DNA of 64,000 nucleotides from Minisyncoccota bacterium (GCA_040905385.1 JBBDRP010000002.1:149337-213336); one strand, 5' to 3'. Numbered from the stretch's first letter, positions 11,283-21,357 are shown. Notes: generated from the letters alone by a model not told the origin. Numbers and translations are program-made.

Positions 11283-12305
11283 TCAACCTTCGCTACTTGT
11301 TCTCAGCTTACCATACTGAGTGGCATGTTTGGGGTTATTGGTTCCTACAACTTTCATGTATTTATCTACCCCTGCTTGGTTTTCTATTCGTACACTTTTG
11401 CCATTGTAGTTTATTTTTGCTTCCACGTGAAGGTTTTTCAGAATATCCATAACCTGATCTCGTAGCTGCTGACTGAGTGTAGTGAAATCAATTTTTGGAT
11501 AAGAATATTCTTTCCCTGCAACTTGGTAAGTATGTTTATAGATTGATCCATCAGTATCAATAAGACCACGTACGCAAGCAATTTGAAACTTTTCTTTTTT
11601 CTGTATCCATTGAGGGATATGTAAACCTTGTGCCAGTTTATCTTCTAAAGTTAATCCAATCACTTGGCAAAATTTGACAAGTTTTACGCGGTGAACTACT
11701 AGGTCAATTGCTTTGGAATTTGAATTACTATACTGCTTTGGTGTTATCTCAAAGAGATTTTTAATGAGATTCGACACGAAAGGAACATAGCCAGCATCTG
11801 CAATCGAATTTAAGGTGATTGTCGCTTGGTACTTTGTAAGACCTCCATCACCTAGCATAATACCAACGAATTCTGCTAGCTTATCGTCATGGCTAGGTTG
11901 TTTGATTGCTTGCGGGGCCAGTATGGGATTGTCTTGATGCTTACCAGTTTCTTCCCACCACTTTCGCCAGTTTTTTCTGCGCTTTTCTGGGTCACCAATT
12001 GATCCATATTTTTTGTAACGGGCTTGACCTCCTTTTTTCGCCGCTGATTTAAGGTGATCTTTCCATATCAATACATCTACATTATTAGCAATCTTAAGTT
12101 TAGCCACCTTTGCTAACTTTTTAGCTGCAGTGACAGATATGCGGTGTTTTTCACGTGCCCAATCTCGCAGCGTTCGGTCGTGTACGCCAATGATCTCAGC
12201 CATTTCTTTCCAGGTTGTGCCGGTAGCTTTCTTCGCTCTTAGAATAAAAGCTCTTTGCTTACCAGGAGAGAACTTTAACCGGTTTTTAATGGAAGACTTT
12301 GCCAT
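11283..12305 (-). CDS. LAGLIDADG-family homing endonuclease (two-motif, monomeric type) with an N-terminal HTH DNA-binding region
   Basis: Two LAGLIDADG motifs (LAEFVGIMLGDGGL and ACVRGLIDTDGSI); N-terminal basic HTH (TWKEMAEIIGVHDRTLRDWAREK). Confidence 0.75.
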   Translation of the reverse strand: MAKSSIKNRLKFSPGKQRAFILRAKKATGTTWKEMAEIIGVHDRTLRDWAREKHRISVTAAKKLAKVAKLKIANNVDVLIWKDHLKSAAKKGGQARYKKYGSIGDPEKRRKNWRKWWEETGKHQDNPILAPQAIKQPSHDDKLAEFVGIMLGDGGLTKYQATITLNSIADAGYVPFVSNLIKNLFEITPKQYSNSNSKAIDLVVHRVKLVKFCQVIGLTLEDKLAQGLHIPQWIQKKEKFQIACVRGLIDTDGSIYKHTYQVAGKEYSYPKIDFTTLSQQLRDQVMDILKNLHVEAKINYNGKSVRIENQAGVDKYMKVVGTNNPKHATQYGKLRTSSEG

Positions 12306-12326
12306 GCCTCCATAATATCATGCTCT

Positions 12327-12974
12327 TTAATGTGCAAAAGCGATTCCGATGATTTTTGCGTTAGAATTTTCTCGCAATGCTCGCCGTGCTTCGGTCAGTG
12401 TTGCGCCCGTGGTAGTCACATCATCAATCACGAAAATAACTGCTTCATCATCAATGTCGACTTCAGCCTGAAAAACTCCGCGGACATTTTTACGCCGCCT
12501 GCTTCGGGAGAGTTCGGTTTGATCAGCTGTGGTCCGTGTCTTTTCTAGCAGCTGTTTGTATACAAATACATTCTCCTCTTCGACATCAGCGATACGTTTG
12601 CAAATGCGGGCGCTCTGGTTGAAGCCACGCTCGCGTCGCCGCTTGCCCGATAGGGGAATGGGCGTGATGATAATTCTGTCGTCAAAGATCCGCTCCTCCT
12701 GGCAAATACTCAAAATCTCTTCTCGCATCCGCTCGCCAATAAGATCTGCGGCCGTTTGTGAACCGGCGAACTTAAGCGCATACACAACTTCACGTATTAT
12801 TTCATTACGGTAGTCGCAGACTGCTTTCACAGAGCTTTTTTCTGGCTGTCGATTTGTTCCAAGAGTCTCTAGATCAGTTATCAATAACCGCCGTAACCGC
12901 CGCTCTCGATCTGATGGTGGAAAAAGCAGATCCAAAAACTTCTGGATGGTAGTATGAAAAGACGAATTGCGCAT
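12327..12974 (-). CDS. comFC: ComF family protein (ComFC-like phosphoribosyltransferase-domain competence protein)
   Basis: C-terminal PRTase-like signature (VIFVIDDVTTTGATLTEA) and RGFNQS motif typical of ComFC. Confidence 0.75.
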   Translation of the reverse strand: MRNSSFHTTIQKFLDLLFPPSDRERRLRRLLITDLETLGTNRQPEKSSVKAVCDYRNEIIREVVYALKFAGSQTAADLIGERMREEILSICQEERIFDDRIIITPIPLSGKRRRERGFNQSARICKRIADVEEENVFVYKQLLEKTRTTADQTELSRSRRRKNVRGVFQAEVDIDDEAVIFVIDDVTTTGATLTEARRALRENSNAKIIGIAFAH

Positions 12975-13003
12975 CTAGTGTTATACTACATTACAGAAAA
13001 GCT

Positions 13004-14107
13004 ATGGCGAATATTTTCTCTAAAATAATAGGTTCACTAACCGGCTCATCAGGAAGCGGTGGTCACCCAAATGGGGTGGTAGGTATTGAGTTTTCTGCCG
13101 GCTCAGTCAAGGTAATTCAGCTAAAAGAAAAAAATGGTGCGCCAGTTTTGGAAACGTACGGCGAGCTTGCACTTGGTCCCTACGACGAAAAACCAATTGG
13201 TGCGGCGGTGAAATCAGAATCAAAAACTCTTGGAAAAGCACTTAATGAAATCATTGATGAGGCCAGTGTTACCACCAAGCATGCCGGTGTTGCCATTCCG
13301 ATTTCTGCCAGTTTGGTAAATATTATTGATCTTCCACCAGTGTCTGATCCGGAAAAGCTTGCCCAGATAATTCCGATGGAGGCGCGAAAGTACATTCCAG
13401 TACAGCCGTCCGAAGTTTTGATGGACTGGGACATTCTTCCTAACAGAAATAGGCACTCTGATGATCCTGAACAGGCACTTGTGGTTGCTATTCATAAAGA
13501 AGCAATTAACCGTTACCGTCAAGCACTCGAAGAAACTGATCTTGACGTTGGGTTTTTCGAGATAGAAATATTCTCCTCTATTCGCGCTACACTTGATCGC
13601 GGAATCGAGCCGGTGTTGCTGATTGATCTTGGAATTTCTTCTAGCAAAATCTACATTGTTGAGCACGGCGTGGTTCGCGGTGCTCATACAATTAATCAGG
13701 GTGGGCAGGACATAACCCGCGCCCTCTCCTCACGTCTCGGGGTGAGCTTCGATGAAGCCGAAAAAATTAAGCGAACTGAAGGTCTTACCGGAGAAGGTGA
13801 GGATGCTGATGCAGTTCGCGAGAGTGCTCGCACCATACTCAACTACATTTTTTCTAAGACAAATGACATTGTTGTTGATTATCAAAAGAAAAACGCCGCC
13901 GTTGTCGAGGAGGTGGTACTGACTGGTGGGGGATCTATCTTTGTCGGAATTGATAAAATTGCCGAGAAGATGCTTAATATTAGTGCTCGTCGAGCTGATC
14001 CATTCTCTAAACTAGAGACACCGCATTTCCTCTCTAAAACACTCAAGCAGATCGGTCCTGAATTTGCCGTGGCCATCGGCGCCGCCCTTCGTCGACTACA
14101 GGAGTAA
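13004..14107 (+). CDS. pilM: Type IV pilus assembly protein PilM (actin-like ATPase fold)
   Basis: 367 aa; N-terminal VGIEFSAGSVKVIQL; sugar-kinase/actin-like fold motifs (DLGISSSKIYIV, VVLTGGGS); first gene of the pilMNO-B-T-C operon. Confidence 0.75.
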   Translation: MANIFSKIIGSLTGSSGSGGHPNGVVGIEFSAGSVKVIQLKEKNGAPVLETYGELALGPYDEKPIGAAVKSESKTLGKALNEIIDEASVTTKHAGVAIPISASLVNIIDLPPVSDPEKLAQIIPMEARKYIPVQPSEVLMDWDILPNRNRHSDDPEQALVVAIHKEAINRYRQALEETDLDVGFFEIEIFSSIRATLDRGIEPVLLIDLGISSSKIYIVEHGVVRGAHTINQGGQDITRALSSRLGVSFDEAEKIKRTEGLTGEGEDADAVRESARTILNYIFSKTNDIVVDYQKKNAAVVEEVVLTGGGSIFVGIDKIAEKMLNISARRADPFSKLETPHFLSKTLKQIGPEFAVAIGAALRRLQE

Positions 14108-14184
14108 TCCACACACTGAGTTATCGTTATAGTCCTATTTGGATGCTACAATTAAACAGGGTAACGATGTAATTTTTACGATAT

Positions 14185-14856
14185 ATGCCTGAAGAAAAGT
14201 TTGAATCCTCATCATTTATACCGAAAGGGGTGGCACACTACCAAAAGCCCAAAACTTCTGGTAGCGGCGGTACTGGTGGTATTGGTGCCAGCAGTGGGGC
14301 ATTCTTCAAAGTAGGGCTTGGCTTCGCTGGCTTTATTGGCTTGCTGGCAGCTGCTGTATTTTTCTATACGCTGTATCTGGAATCAAACTTGGTTGATGTG
14401 AAGCAACAGTTTTCTCAGGCGCAGGATACCTTTGAGCCAGAAGTAATAAATGAACTTGATGCCATTGACACACAGATTTCCTCGATGACCGAGATTCTTA
14501 ATAATCACACAGCCGTTACTCCGGTTTTTGATCTTATTGAGTCCATTACACTATCAAGTGTTCAGTTGATAAATGCCTCAGTTCAATCGACGTCACGAGG
14601 TGTTGCAGATAATCTAGGCAGAGGAAGGAGTGACGAAGCGCAGATCGGAACACCCGATGGTGATGTAGTCGTTTCCCTTACTGGCCTAGCGCCTAGTTTT
14701 GCCGCCACAGCTCTGCAGGCGCAAGCTATTGCGGATAATGAACAACTCATCAATGCTGTTGTTTCTCAATTCAGCCTTACCGAGCAAGGGGACGTGGCTT
14801 TCAGTATTCAGTTCTCTCTGCCAGTTGATTATATGTCTTACGAAACTACCATTTAA
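14185..14856 (+). CDS. pilN: Type IV pilus inner-membrane alignment protein PilN-like
   Basis: Short cytoplasmic N-terminus, a single TM (GLGFAGFIGLLAAAVFFYTLYL), then a periplasmic coiled region; position between pilM and pilO. Confidence 0.5.
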   Translation: MPEEKFESSSFIPKGVAHYQKPKTSGSGGTGGIGASSGAFFKVGLGFAGFIGLLAAAVFFYTLYLESNLVDVKQQFSQAQDTFEPEVINELDAIDTQISSMTEILNNHTAVTPVFDLIESITLSSVQLINASVQSTSRGVADNLGRGRSDEAQIGTPDGDVVVSLTGLAPSFAATALQAQAIADNEQLINAVVSQFSLTEQGDVAFSIQFSLPVDYMSYETTI

Positions 14857-14858
14857 TT

Positions 14859-15488
14859 ATGCAGAAACTCATTCTCCCAATCACATTAATTGTTCTTGGA
14901 ATAATTGCATTTTTTCTGTACATCAAGCCAGTTTACCAAGACACTGCGGCTATTCGATCCGAAATTGAGGAGTACGAGACAGCGCTATCTCAGGTCGGTG
15001 AAATTCAGAAAATCCGTGACGACTTACTACGTCAGTATAATCAACTGCCACAAACAAGTATATATATCATGAATCGTATTCTTCCTGATTCGCTAGATAC
15101 AGTACGATTGCTAGTAGAGCTTAATCAAATGGCTCTCCCGCACAACCTATCTGTTCAGGGTATCTCATTTACCAATCGCAGTGATAGTGAGGATAACAGG
15201 AATCGAAATAGCGAAGATGCTGCGCCACGTAAATCATACGAATCTGCACAAACGAGCTTCTCTGTCTCAGGTCCATATGAAAATGTCCTGGACTTTGTTC
15301 GTGACATAGAGCGTTCAACACGTCTGATCGATATTACACGGCTCACCGTTACGGGGCCAGAAGCTGATGGTGAGGATGGTGCTGACATTACAGCCGAGGA
15401 TCTAGCTGGCCTCACGTCACTCAGTGGTCAAGAAAATATATACACCATTACCGGTATGACATACTGGTTTTCTAATGAAGATTTATAA
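14859..15488 (+). CDS. pilO: Type IV pilus assembly protein PilO-like
   Basis: N-terminal TM (LILPITLIVLGIIAFFLYI) followed by a coiled-coil; operon position. Confidence 0.5.
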   Translation: MQKLILPITLIVLGIIAFFLYIKPVYQDTAAIRSEIEEYETALSQVGEIQKIRDDLLRQYNQLPQTSIYIMNRILPDSLDTVRLLVELNQMALPHNLSVQGISFTNRSDSEDNRNRNSEDAAPRKSYESAQTSFSVSGPYENVLDFVRDIERSTRLIDITRLTVTGPEADGEDGADITAEDLAGLTSLSGQENIYTITGMTYWFSNEDL

Positions 15489-15493
15489 TAATT

Positions 15494-16003
15494 ATGCCTG
15501 AAAATATCCCTACAAAGTTAATAATTGGACTTGTTGTCGCCGCTGCTATCGGAGTCGGTGTGTACTTTTGGCTAGGCACCGGAGATGCTGGCTCAATGTC
15601 ACTACAAACAAATAATAACCAGTCTAATGCAACGGAAACAGTAGATGCCATAGGTACAAGTGAAGTTCTTGCGCAGTTAAATCGATTACAGAATATAAAT
15701 ATAAATACTAATATTTATCAGTCTGATATTTATCTTAGTTTAGAAGATTTTGGGATAAGTATCACCGAGCAACCGATTGGTCGAGAGAATCCGTTTATAT
15801 CTCCTGCCTCAAATATACAGGGAGGTATCATTTTCCCGAGTCCAACACAGCCCACTCAGCAGTCGGTGAGCAGTAATGAAGAAGATGAAGAGGTAGCCAC
15901 AAGCACCGAGGAAGGAGAGGGTGATCAGCAGGAATTGACTGGAAGTGAAGGTAGTACTAGCTCAGAAACTACTGTTGAGATTGAGGAGGATACCGATGAA
16001 TAA
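15494..16003 (+). CDS. Hypothetical membrane-anchored acidic protein in the pilus operon (PilP-like position)
   Basis: N-terminal TM; acidic low-complexity C-terminus; no family recognised. Confidence 0.4.
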   Translation: MPENIPTKLIIGLVVAAAIGVGVYFWLGTGDAGSMSLQTNNNQSNATETVDAIGTSEVLAQLNRLQNININTNIYQSDIYLSLEDFGISITEQPIGRENPFISPASNIQGGIIFPSPTQPTQQSVSSNEEDEEVATSTEEGEGDQQELTGSEGSTSSETTVEIEEDTDE

Positions 16004-16037
16004 TGTCATCGGTATGTAATGTAACCATTTGCTCTTT

Positions 16038-17759
16038 ATGGATTTACTACAAATTCTTGTAAATAACAAGGTTCTCGAAGAGGCTGATATCGAAAAGATT
16101 CGAAATCAGTCACAGGAATCTGGTAATCCAGTGTACGAAATACTTACCGAACGTGGTATTACACCGGAGCAGATACTGAAAGCCAAAAGTGCTGAGTTTG
16201 AGGTGCCTGCACTGAATTTGGAAGGCGAATCGCTGGATTCAGATGCGGTAAACATGATTCCGCAGGACGCGATTGAGCATTACAAAATTCTTCCGCTTCG
16301 ACTTGATGAGGACGGTACCCTCGAGGTCGGTTTTGTTGACCCTGGGGATATCACTGCCCGTGATGCTGTCCAATTTATTGCCTCCAAGCATGATATTCCG
16401 TTTCGGATGAAGGTGATTCTAGAGTCGCAGTTTGAGGAGATGAAAAAGTCTGGTGGCAATCTAACTGGCGAGGTAAAGCAAGCGATTTCAGCCTTGGAGT
16501 CGGAGTTGACCAAGGAAGAGGAGGCTATTTCCAAAGAGATGAGAAAGATGTCTAAAGACGACTCTTCTGGTGGTATCGTCGAGGATGCACCGGTTACCAA
16601 GATTGTCGCCACGATTCTTCGCTATGCCACCGAGGGCCAGGCTTCCGACGTCCACATCGAGCCGATTGAGAATCAGATTCGTGTGCGCTTCCGGGTTGAT
16701 GGTGACCTCCACACCAGTCTAATGCTGCCCAAGGAAGTACTCAGCGCCGTAGTGGCTCGTATCAAGATTCTGTGTCGTATGAAGCTTGATGAAAAGCGCA
16801 AGCCACAGGATGGTCGTTTCTCGGCTCATATTAACGAGCGCAAAATCGACTTTCGTGTCTCGACACTACCAACCTACTACGGCGAGAAGGTCGTGATGCG
16901 TATTCTGGACCCGGATAAAGGGATTATTGGCCTTAAAGAGATTGGTCTTACTGAATCCGATCGTGAGCTCATCGAGCATGCCATCAACCGGCCGTACGGA
17001 ATGGTGCTGATTTCTGGTCCGACCGGTTCCGGAAAAACAACAACGCTGTACTCCATGCTTAGTAAGTTGGATACTGATACCAAAAATGTGCTCTCGCTGG
17101 AGGATCCGGTCGAGTATAACCTGGAAGGAATCAATCAGTCACAGGTTCGGCCTGAGATTGGTTACACCTTTGCTGATGGACTACGTACCGCCCTGCGTCA
17201 GGACCCGGACATCATTATGGTTGGTGAGATTCGTGATGAGGAAACGGCCCGCCTGGCGGTCCGTGCGGCGCTGACGGGGCACCTCGTCTTCTCTACCATT
17301 CACACCAACAACGCCATTGGGGTGATTCCACGTCTGATTGACATGGGAATTGATCCATACCTGATTGCACCAACCCTTATTCTGGCAATTTCTCAGCGGC
17401 TGGCACGAACACTCTGCAAGGGTGCCGGCTCACCAATTCCGGTTAAGGGCAGTATCCAGAAGCTTATCGAAAAAGAGCTCGAGGATCTTCCGGAAGAAAC
17501 GCGGGCCAAGTTTGAGATTCCAGAAAATGTCTACGAACCAAAACCAACCGATGACTGCCCAACTGGACTATCCGGTCGAACCGCGGTCTTTGAGGTACTG
17601 GATATCAACGAAAGAATCGAGGAGGTAATTCTGGATGGTGCCGACGAAACTGATATTAAAGCGGCCGCTTTGGCGAATGGTATGATTAGTATGCGACAGG
17701 ATGCTTTGGTCAAGGCCTTTAACGGAGAGATTCCGTTTGAGGAAGTTGGTAAACTCTAG
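16038..17759 (+). CDS. pilB: Type IV pilus assembly ATPase PilB (GspE family)
   Basis: N-terminal GSPII_E N-domain; Walker A GPTGSGKTTT, Asp box, His box; tetracysteine-like C-terminal region. The ORF in the provided track opens at TTG 16029; ATG 16038 is the more likely start. Confidence 0.9.
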   Translation: MDLLQILVNNKVLEEADIEKIRNQSQESGNPVYEILTERGITPEQILKAKSAEFEVPALNLEGESLDSDAVNMIPQDAIEHYKILPLRLDEDGTLEVGFVDPGDITARDAVQFIASKHDIPFRMKVILESQFEEMKKSGGNLTGEVKQAISALESELTKEEEAISKEMRKMSKDDSSGGIVEDAPVTKIVATILRYATEGQASDVHIEPIENQIRVRFRVDGDLHTSLMLPKEVLSAVVARIKILCRMKLDEKRKPQDGRFSAHINERKIDFRVSTLPTYYGEKVVMRILDPDKGIIGLKEIGLTESDRELIEHAINRPYGMVLISGPTGSGKTTTLYSMLSKLDTDTKNVLSLEDPVEYNLEGINQSQVRPEIGYTFADGLRTALRQDPDIIMVGEIRDEETARLAVRAALTGHLVFSTIHTNNAIGVIPRLIDMGIDPYLIAPTLILAISQRLARTLCKGAGSPIPVKGSIQKLIEKELEDLPEETRAKFEIPENVYEPKPTDDCPTGLSGRTAVFEVLDINERIEEVILDGADETDIKAAALANGMISMRQDALVKAFNGEIPFEEVGKL

Positions 17760-17779
17760 TGGTATAATAATACGTATCT

Positions 17780-18844
17780 ATGGCAACCAGAAAAGAAACA
17801 ATTTCACGACTTGCTGAAACTGCGGTTAATCACCAGGCCTCTGATATTCATCTGTCTACCGGTCGCAAGCCGATTCTGCGTGTGGCGGATAAACTTTTAG
17901 TACTAAGCGATCATGAGGAACTATCGGCTGATGATGTAAAGAATCTCATGACCGAGCTCCTGACTGAAGGCGAGCTGAACCGTTTTCATCAGCAGCGCAG
18001 CCTGGACTTTTCCTTTACTCATGGTGACGAGGCTCGTTTCCGCTGTAATGCTTTTTACGCCCAAGGGTTGCCGGTAATTGCGATGCGATTGATTCCGTCT
18101 CGAATTCGCACCTTTGAAGAGCTTAACCTACCTGCGCAACTCGCGCGTTTTACTGAGACCGAGCAAGGCTTCTTTCTGGTGGTGGGACCGGTTGGGCAGG
18201 GGAAGTCAACGACGTTGGCGACCATGATTGAGAACATTAACGTCAAGCACTCTCGTCACATCATCACGATTGAGGACCCGCTTGAGTACGTCTACAAGCA
18301 GAAGAAGTCCATCATTGACCAGCGTGAGGTACGGATTGATACGCCTGATTTCCGCACCGCTCTGCGCGCTGTCTTTCGTCAGGACGTTGATGTGGTACTA
18401 GTCGGGGAGATGCGCGGACGAGAGACCATTGAGACGGCCGTAACGGCCGGTGAGACCGGGCACCTGGTCTACTCGACGCTACACACCAACAGCGCCTCTC
18501 AGACCGTTAACCGTATCATTGACACCTTCCCGGCCGAGCAGCAGAAGCAGGTACGTTCGCAGCTGGCTTCTTCACTTTCCGGAATCTTTTCGCAGCGGCT
18601 GCTGCCACGAATCTCTGGTGGCGTGATTCCGGCCTACGAACTTCTGATTAATAACAAAGCCATCGCCAACCTGATCCGCGAAGGTCGTACCCACGAAATT
18701 GATAACGTACTGCAGACATCCGCCGAGGCTGGCATGGTCACACTTAACCAATCCCTGGCCGGCCTTGTTCGTTCTGGCGAGGTGGAGGTGGCGGATGCGA
18801 TGCGCTTTTCGCGTAATCCAGCCCAGCTGGACCAGCTTATTTAA
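17780..18844 (+). CDS. pilT: Twitching-motility / pilus retraction ATPase PilT
   Basis: 354 aa; Walker A GPVGQGKSTT; GHLVYSTLHTNSA; PilT-type AIANLIREG motif. Confidence 0.9.
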   Translation: MATRKETISRLAETAVNHQASDIHLSTGRKPILRVADKLLVLSDHEELSADDVKNLMTELLTEGELNRFHQQRSLDFSFTHGDEARFRCNAFYAQGLPVIAMRLIPSRIRTFEELNLPAQLARFTETEQGFFLVVGPVGQGKSTTLATMIENINVKHSRHIITIEDPLEYVYKQKKSIIDQREVRIDTPDFRTALRAVFRQDVDVVLVGEMRGRETIETAVTAGETGHLVYSTLHTNSASQTVNRIIDTFPAEQQKQVRSQLASSLSGIFSQRLLPRISGGVIPAYELLINNKAIANLIREGRTHEIDNVLQTSAEAGMVTLNQSLAGLVRSGEVEVADAMRFSRNPAQLDQLI

Positions 18845-18853
18845 TATACCGAT

Positions 18854-20065
18854 ATGCGATTTGTATACACAGCAATTGATGAGAGTGGTGAAGAGCAGAA
18901 GGGCCACATCGAAACCTACGGCAAGGATGCAGCTATTAGTCAGCTCCAGCAGCGGGGTCTAACCATTCTTGAGATTGGTGAAGAGGGCGAAAACGTCCCG
19001 ATCTGGGAGCGTCGTATTAAGTTTTTCGAGCGGGTTTCCAACAAAGAGGTCGTGATAATCTCTCGGCAGTTTGCTACCTTGTTTCAGGCCGATGTATCGG
19101 CATTGAAGGTGTTTACGCTTCTGGGTAATGCCGCCGAGAATCAAATGTTAAAAGATGCCTTGTTTGATATGGTTGACCAGCTCAAGGAGGGTAACTCTAT
19201 CTCCAAGGCTTTCTCTAAGCACACCGATATTTTCTCAGACTTTTACGTAAACATGGTGGCTGCTGGTGAGGAGTCCGGAAATCTTGCCGATACCTTCGCC
19301 TACCTGGCCGACTACATGGACCGCAATTATGAGCTAACCTCCAGTGTCAAAAGTGCGCTGGTGTACCCAGCCTTTGTAATCACGACTTTTGTGGCCGTAA
19401 TGATACTGATGCTTACCACCGTTATTCCGAATATTACCGAAATCATTGTTGATTCTGGTCAGGAACCACCAATCTATACCAAAATTGTGATCGGCATGTC
19501 TGATTTTCTCCTTGCCTACGGAATCTATTTGCTGTTTGGGCTTTTGATCGGTGGCTACGGAATCTACTGGTACGTCACTGAGACGGACGAGGGCGAGGAA
19601 ATTCTGGCTGATATTAAGTTGCAGTTACCGTATCTGGGTAATCTGTACCAGAAGCTGTATCTATCACGCCTCTGTGACAATATGCACACCATGCTTCGCA
19701 GTGGTATCCCGATGACTCGGGCTATCGAGATTACTGCCAGTGTAATTGACAATCGTATTTATCACGAAATGTTAATGACTGCTGTTGATGATATCAAGGG
19801 TGGTAGATCGATTGCTGATTCACTGTCCGGTAACGATCAGATTCCGGGTATTATGGTTCAGATGATGCAGATTGGTGAGGAAACCGGTGAGCTTGGTAAT
19901 ATCCTGAAGACGCTTTCGAACTTTTACCGCCGCGAAGTTAAGAACGCTGTTGATGGTCTTGTTTCGCTGATTGAGCCGATTATGATTTTAATGCTTGGTG
20001 TTGGTGTTGGTGGGCTGCTTGCATCTGTGCTGATGCCGATCTACAACCTTTCGGCTGGCTTCTAG
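18854..20065 (+). CDS. pilC: Type IV pilus inner-membrane platform protein PilC (GspF family)
   Basis: 403 aa; duplicated GspF domains, three TM segments, conserved GEETGEL motif. Confidence 0.9.
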   Translation: MRFVYTAIDESGEEQKGHIETYGKDAAISQLQQRGLTILEIGEEGENVPIWERRIKFFERVSNKEVVIISRQFATLFQADVSALKVFTLLGNAAENQMLKDALFDMVDQLKEGNSISKAFSKHTDIFSDFYVNMVAAGEESGNLADTFAYLADYMDRNYELTSSVKSALVYPAFVITTFVAVMILMLTTVIPNITEIIVDSGQEPPIYTKIVIGMSDFLLAYGIYLLFGLLIGGYGIYWYVTETDEGEEILADIKLQLPYLGNLYQKLYLSRLCDNMHTMLRSGIPMTRAIEITASVIDNRIYHEMLMTAVDDIKGGRSIADSLSGNDQIPGIMVQMMQIGEETGELGNILKTLSNFYRREVKNAVDGLVSLIEPIMILMLGVGVGGLLASVLMPIYNLSAGF

Positions 20066-20072
20066 GGCGTTC

Positions 20073-20204
20073 GCACCCGCCGTTTTGCTTCGGGACGAGT
20101 AGTGTCGCCAGCGGCGACACTCTCTCCGTCTCGGGATCGCTCCTCCGACATGCGTCGGAGACCGTGCCCGCTCGCCCTGCGAAGCCCGAACAAAACAGGG
20201 GTGC
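20073..20204 (+). other. Structured element immediately 3' of pilC: long-range 18-bp bulged stem (gcaccc-guuuug-uucggg / cccgaa-caaaac-gggugc) enclosing two perfect hairpins (gtgtcgcc-agc-ggcgacac; ctccgac-atgc-gtcggag)
   Basis: Base pairing worked out by hand from the sequence; function unknown (terminator/attenuator, processed RNA or repeat element). Confidence 0.5.
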
Positions 20205-20475
20205 TCACTTAGTAGTACATTTCCAATCTTTTGTAATGTAAATAGATTTCGGAAGGAGGTGCACGTATTACGTGATATCAAAACCCAGCCCTTGCGCGCA
20301 AGGGCTGGGTAAACCTTAAAGCGAACTACTTTATTTTGCTAGTCTCGCGCAAGGCGCTCAGCATGGTGTCTACCTAAAGTAGACTGAGCGCCTGAGCGGA
20401 TAAAAATCCTCGCAGGGGATTTATTTGTAGTGCAGCAAAATAAAGGTAGTGAGCGCCAGTTATCCACATGCGTTA

Positions 20476-20503
20476 CTTGCACGTCTGTCAAACACGCTAT
20501 AAT
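20476..20503 (+). promoter_or_regulatory. Putative sigma70-type promoter of the major pilin gene (-35 TTGCAC, 15-16-nt spacer, -10 TATAAT)
   Basis: Motifs seen directly; would give a roughly 55-nt 5' UTR containing a 12-nt palindrome ttgctcgagcaa. Confidence 0.5.
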
Positions 20504-20563
20504 AAAGGCTGTAGTACTTTTGCTCGAGCAAGAGAAGTACCACATTATTACTAATTTAAGTAA

Positions 20564-20995
20564 ATGATTATTGTGTCTTACTTTAAAAAGATCAAAGAAA
20601 ATCGCGGTTTCACACTGATTGAGCTTTTGGTGGTGATTGCCATCATCGGAATTCTTTCCAGTGTGGTGCTCGCGTCCTTGAACACGGCCCGTGCCGACGC
20701 TCGTGACTCACAGCGTCAGCAGGCTATGACCCAGCTGCGTACCGCTGTTGAGCTGTGTGCCAACGCAACAGGGAATTACACAAACTGTGGTGACCCAGCT
20801 GCTTCACCTGGACTAGGAGACTACATTCAGGACGAACCAGTAGATCCATCAACGCAAACCACTGATCCTTACACCATTACTACCAGTCTCAACGGATACT
20901 GTATAGAAAATAATGAATGGGAAGGTGAAATCCCGAATAACGACGCCGGTTGTGGTGCTGTGGGTACATACTCAATTGGTCCAGGAACCAGCTAA
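20564..20995 (+). CDS. pilA: Major type IV pilin (PilA-like) with class III signal peptide
   Basis: Leader MIIVSYFKKIKENRG | FTLIELLVVIAIIGILSSVVLASL (G-1, F+1, E+5); C-terminal Cys pair. Confidence 0.9.
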   Translation: MIIVSYFKKIKENRGFTLIELLVVIAIIGILSSVVLASLNTARADARDSQRQQAMTQLRTAVELCANATGNYTNCGDPAASPGLGDYIQDEPVDPSTQTTDPYTITTSLNGYCIENNEWEGEIPNNDAGCGAVGTYSIGPGTS

Positions 20996-21028
20996 GCCTG
21001 ACTTAGCAGTTACATAACTGTAATCAAA

Positions 21029-21056
21029 ACCCCCACAAAATTTGTGGGGGTTTTGC
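21029..21056 (+). terminator. Rho-independent terminator after pilA (cccccacaaa/tttgtggggg + TTTT)
   Basis: 10-bp GC-rich stem plus T-run seen directly. Confidence 0.75.
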
Positions 21057-21113
21057 TGTATCACTACATACTTTACCTTACTCATAACAGGTATTTACCG
21101 TAAGCGCTTAACT

Positions 21114-21235
21114 GTCTGTAAGGTTGCAACCCTTGCAACATCTCCAGTCTCAGCAGTCTGTAAGGATAACATCTTTGCAGACCCTATAATCGTGGTGGTA
21201 TATTTCAACATTTAAGGGTCTAACCCTTATATAAG
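21114..21235. repeat. Cluster of intergenic hairpin repeats: GTCTGTAAGG...CCTTGCAAC, GTCTGTAAGGAT-aac-ATCTTTGCAGAC, a TATAAT box (21185-21190), and TTAAGGGTCTAACCCTTAT
   Basis: Same motif family recurs at 24735-24802, 31645-31714 and 50232-50314. Confidence 0.6.
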
Positions 21236-21357
21236 CAGGCATTCACTGCAGGCTCTTAGCCTGTGAGTGCTATGAACCAGAGACTTTGTCACGGTTCATA
21301 GCCACCCCAAACCGTGTCGCAAAGCGACTCTGGTTCGGGGTGGTACAATAAGCCTGT

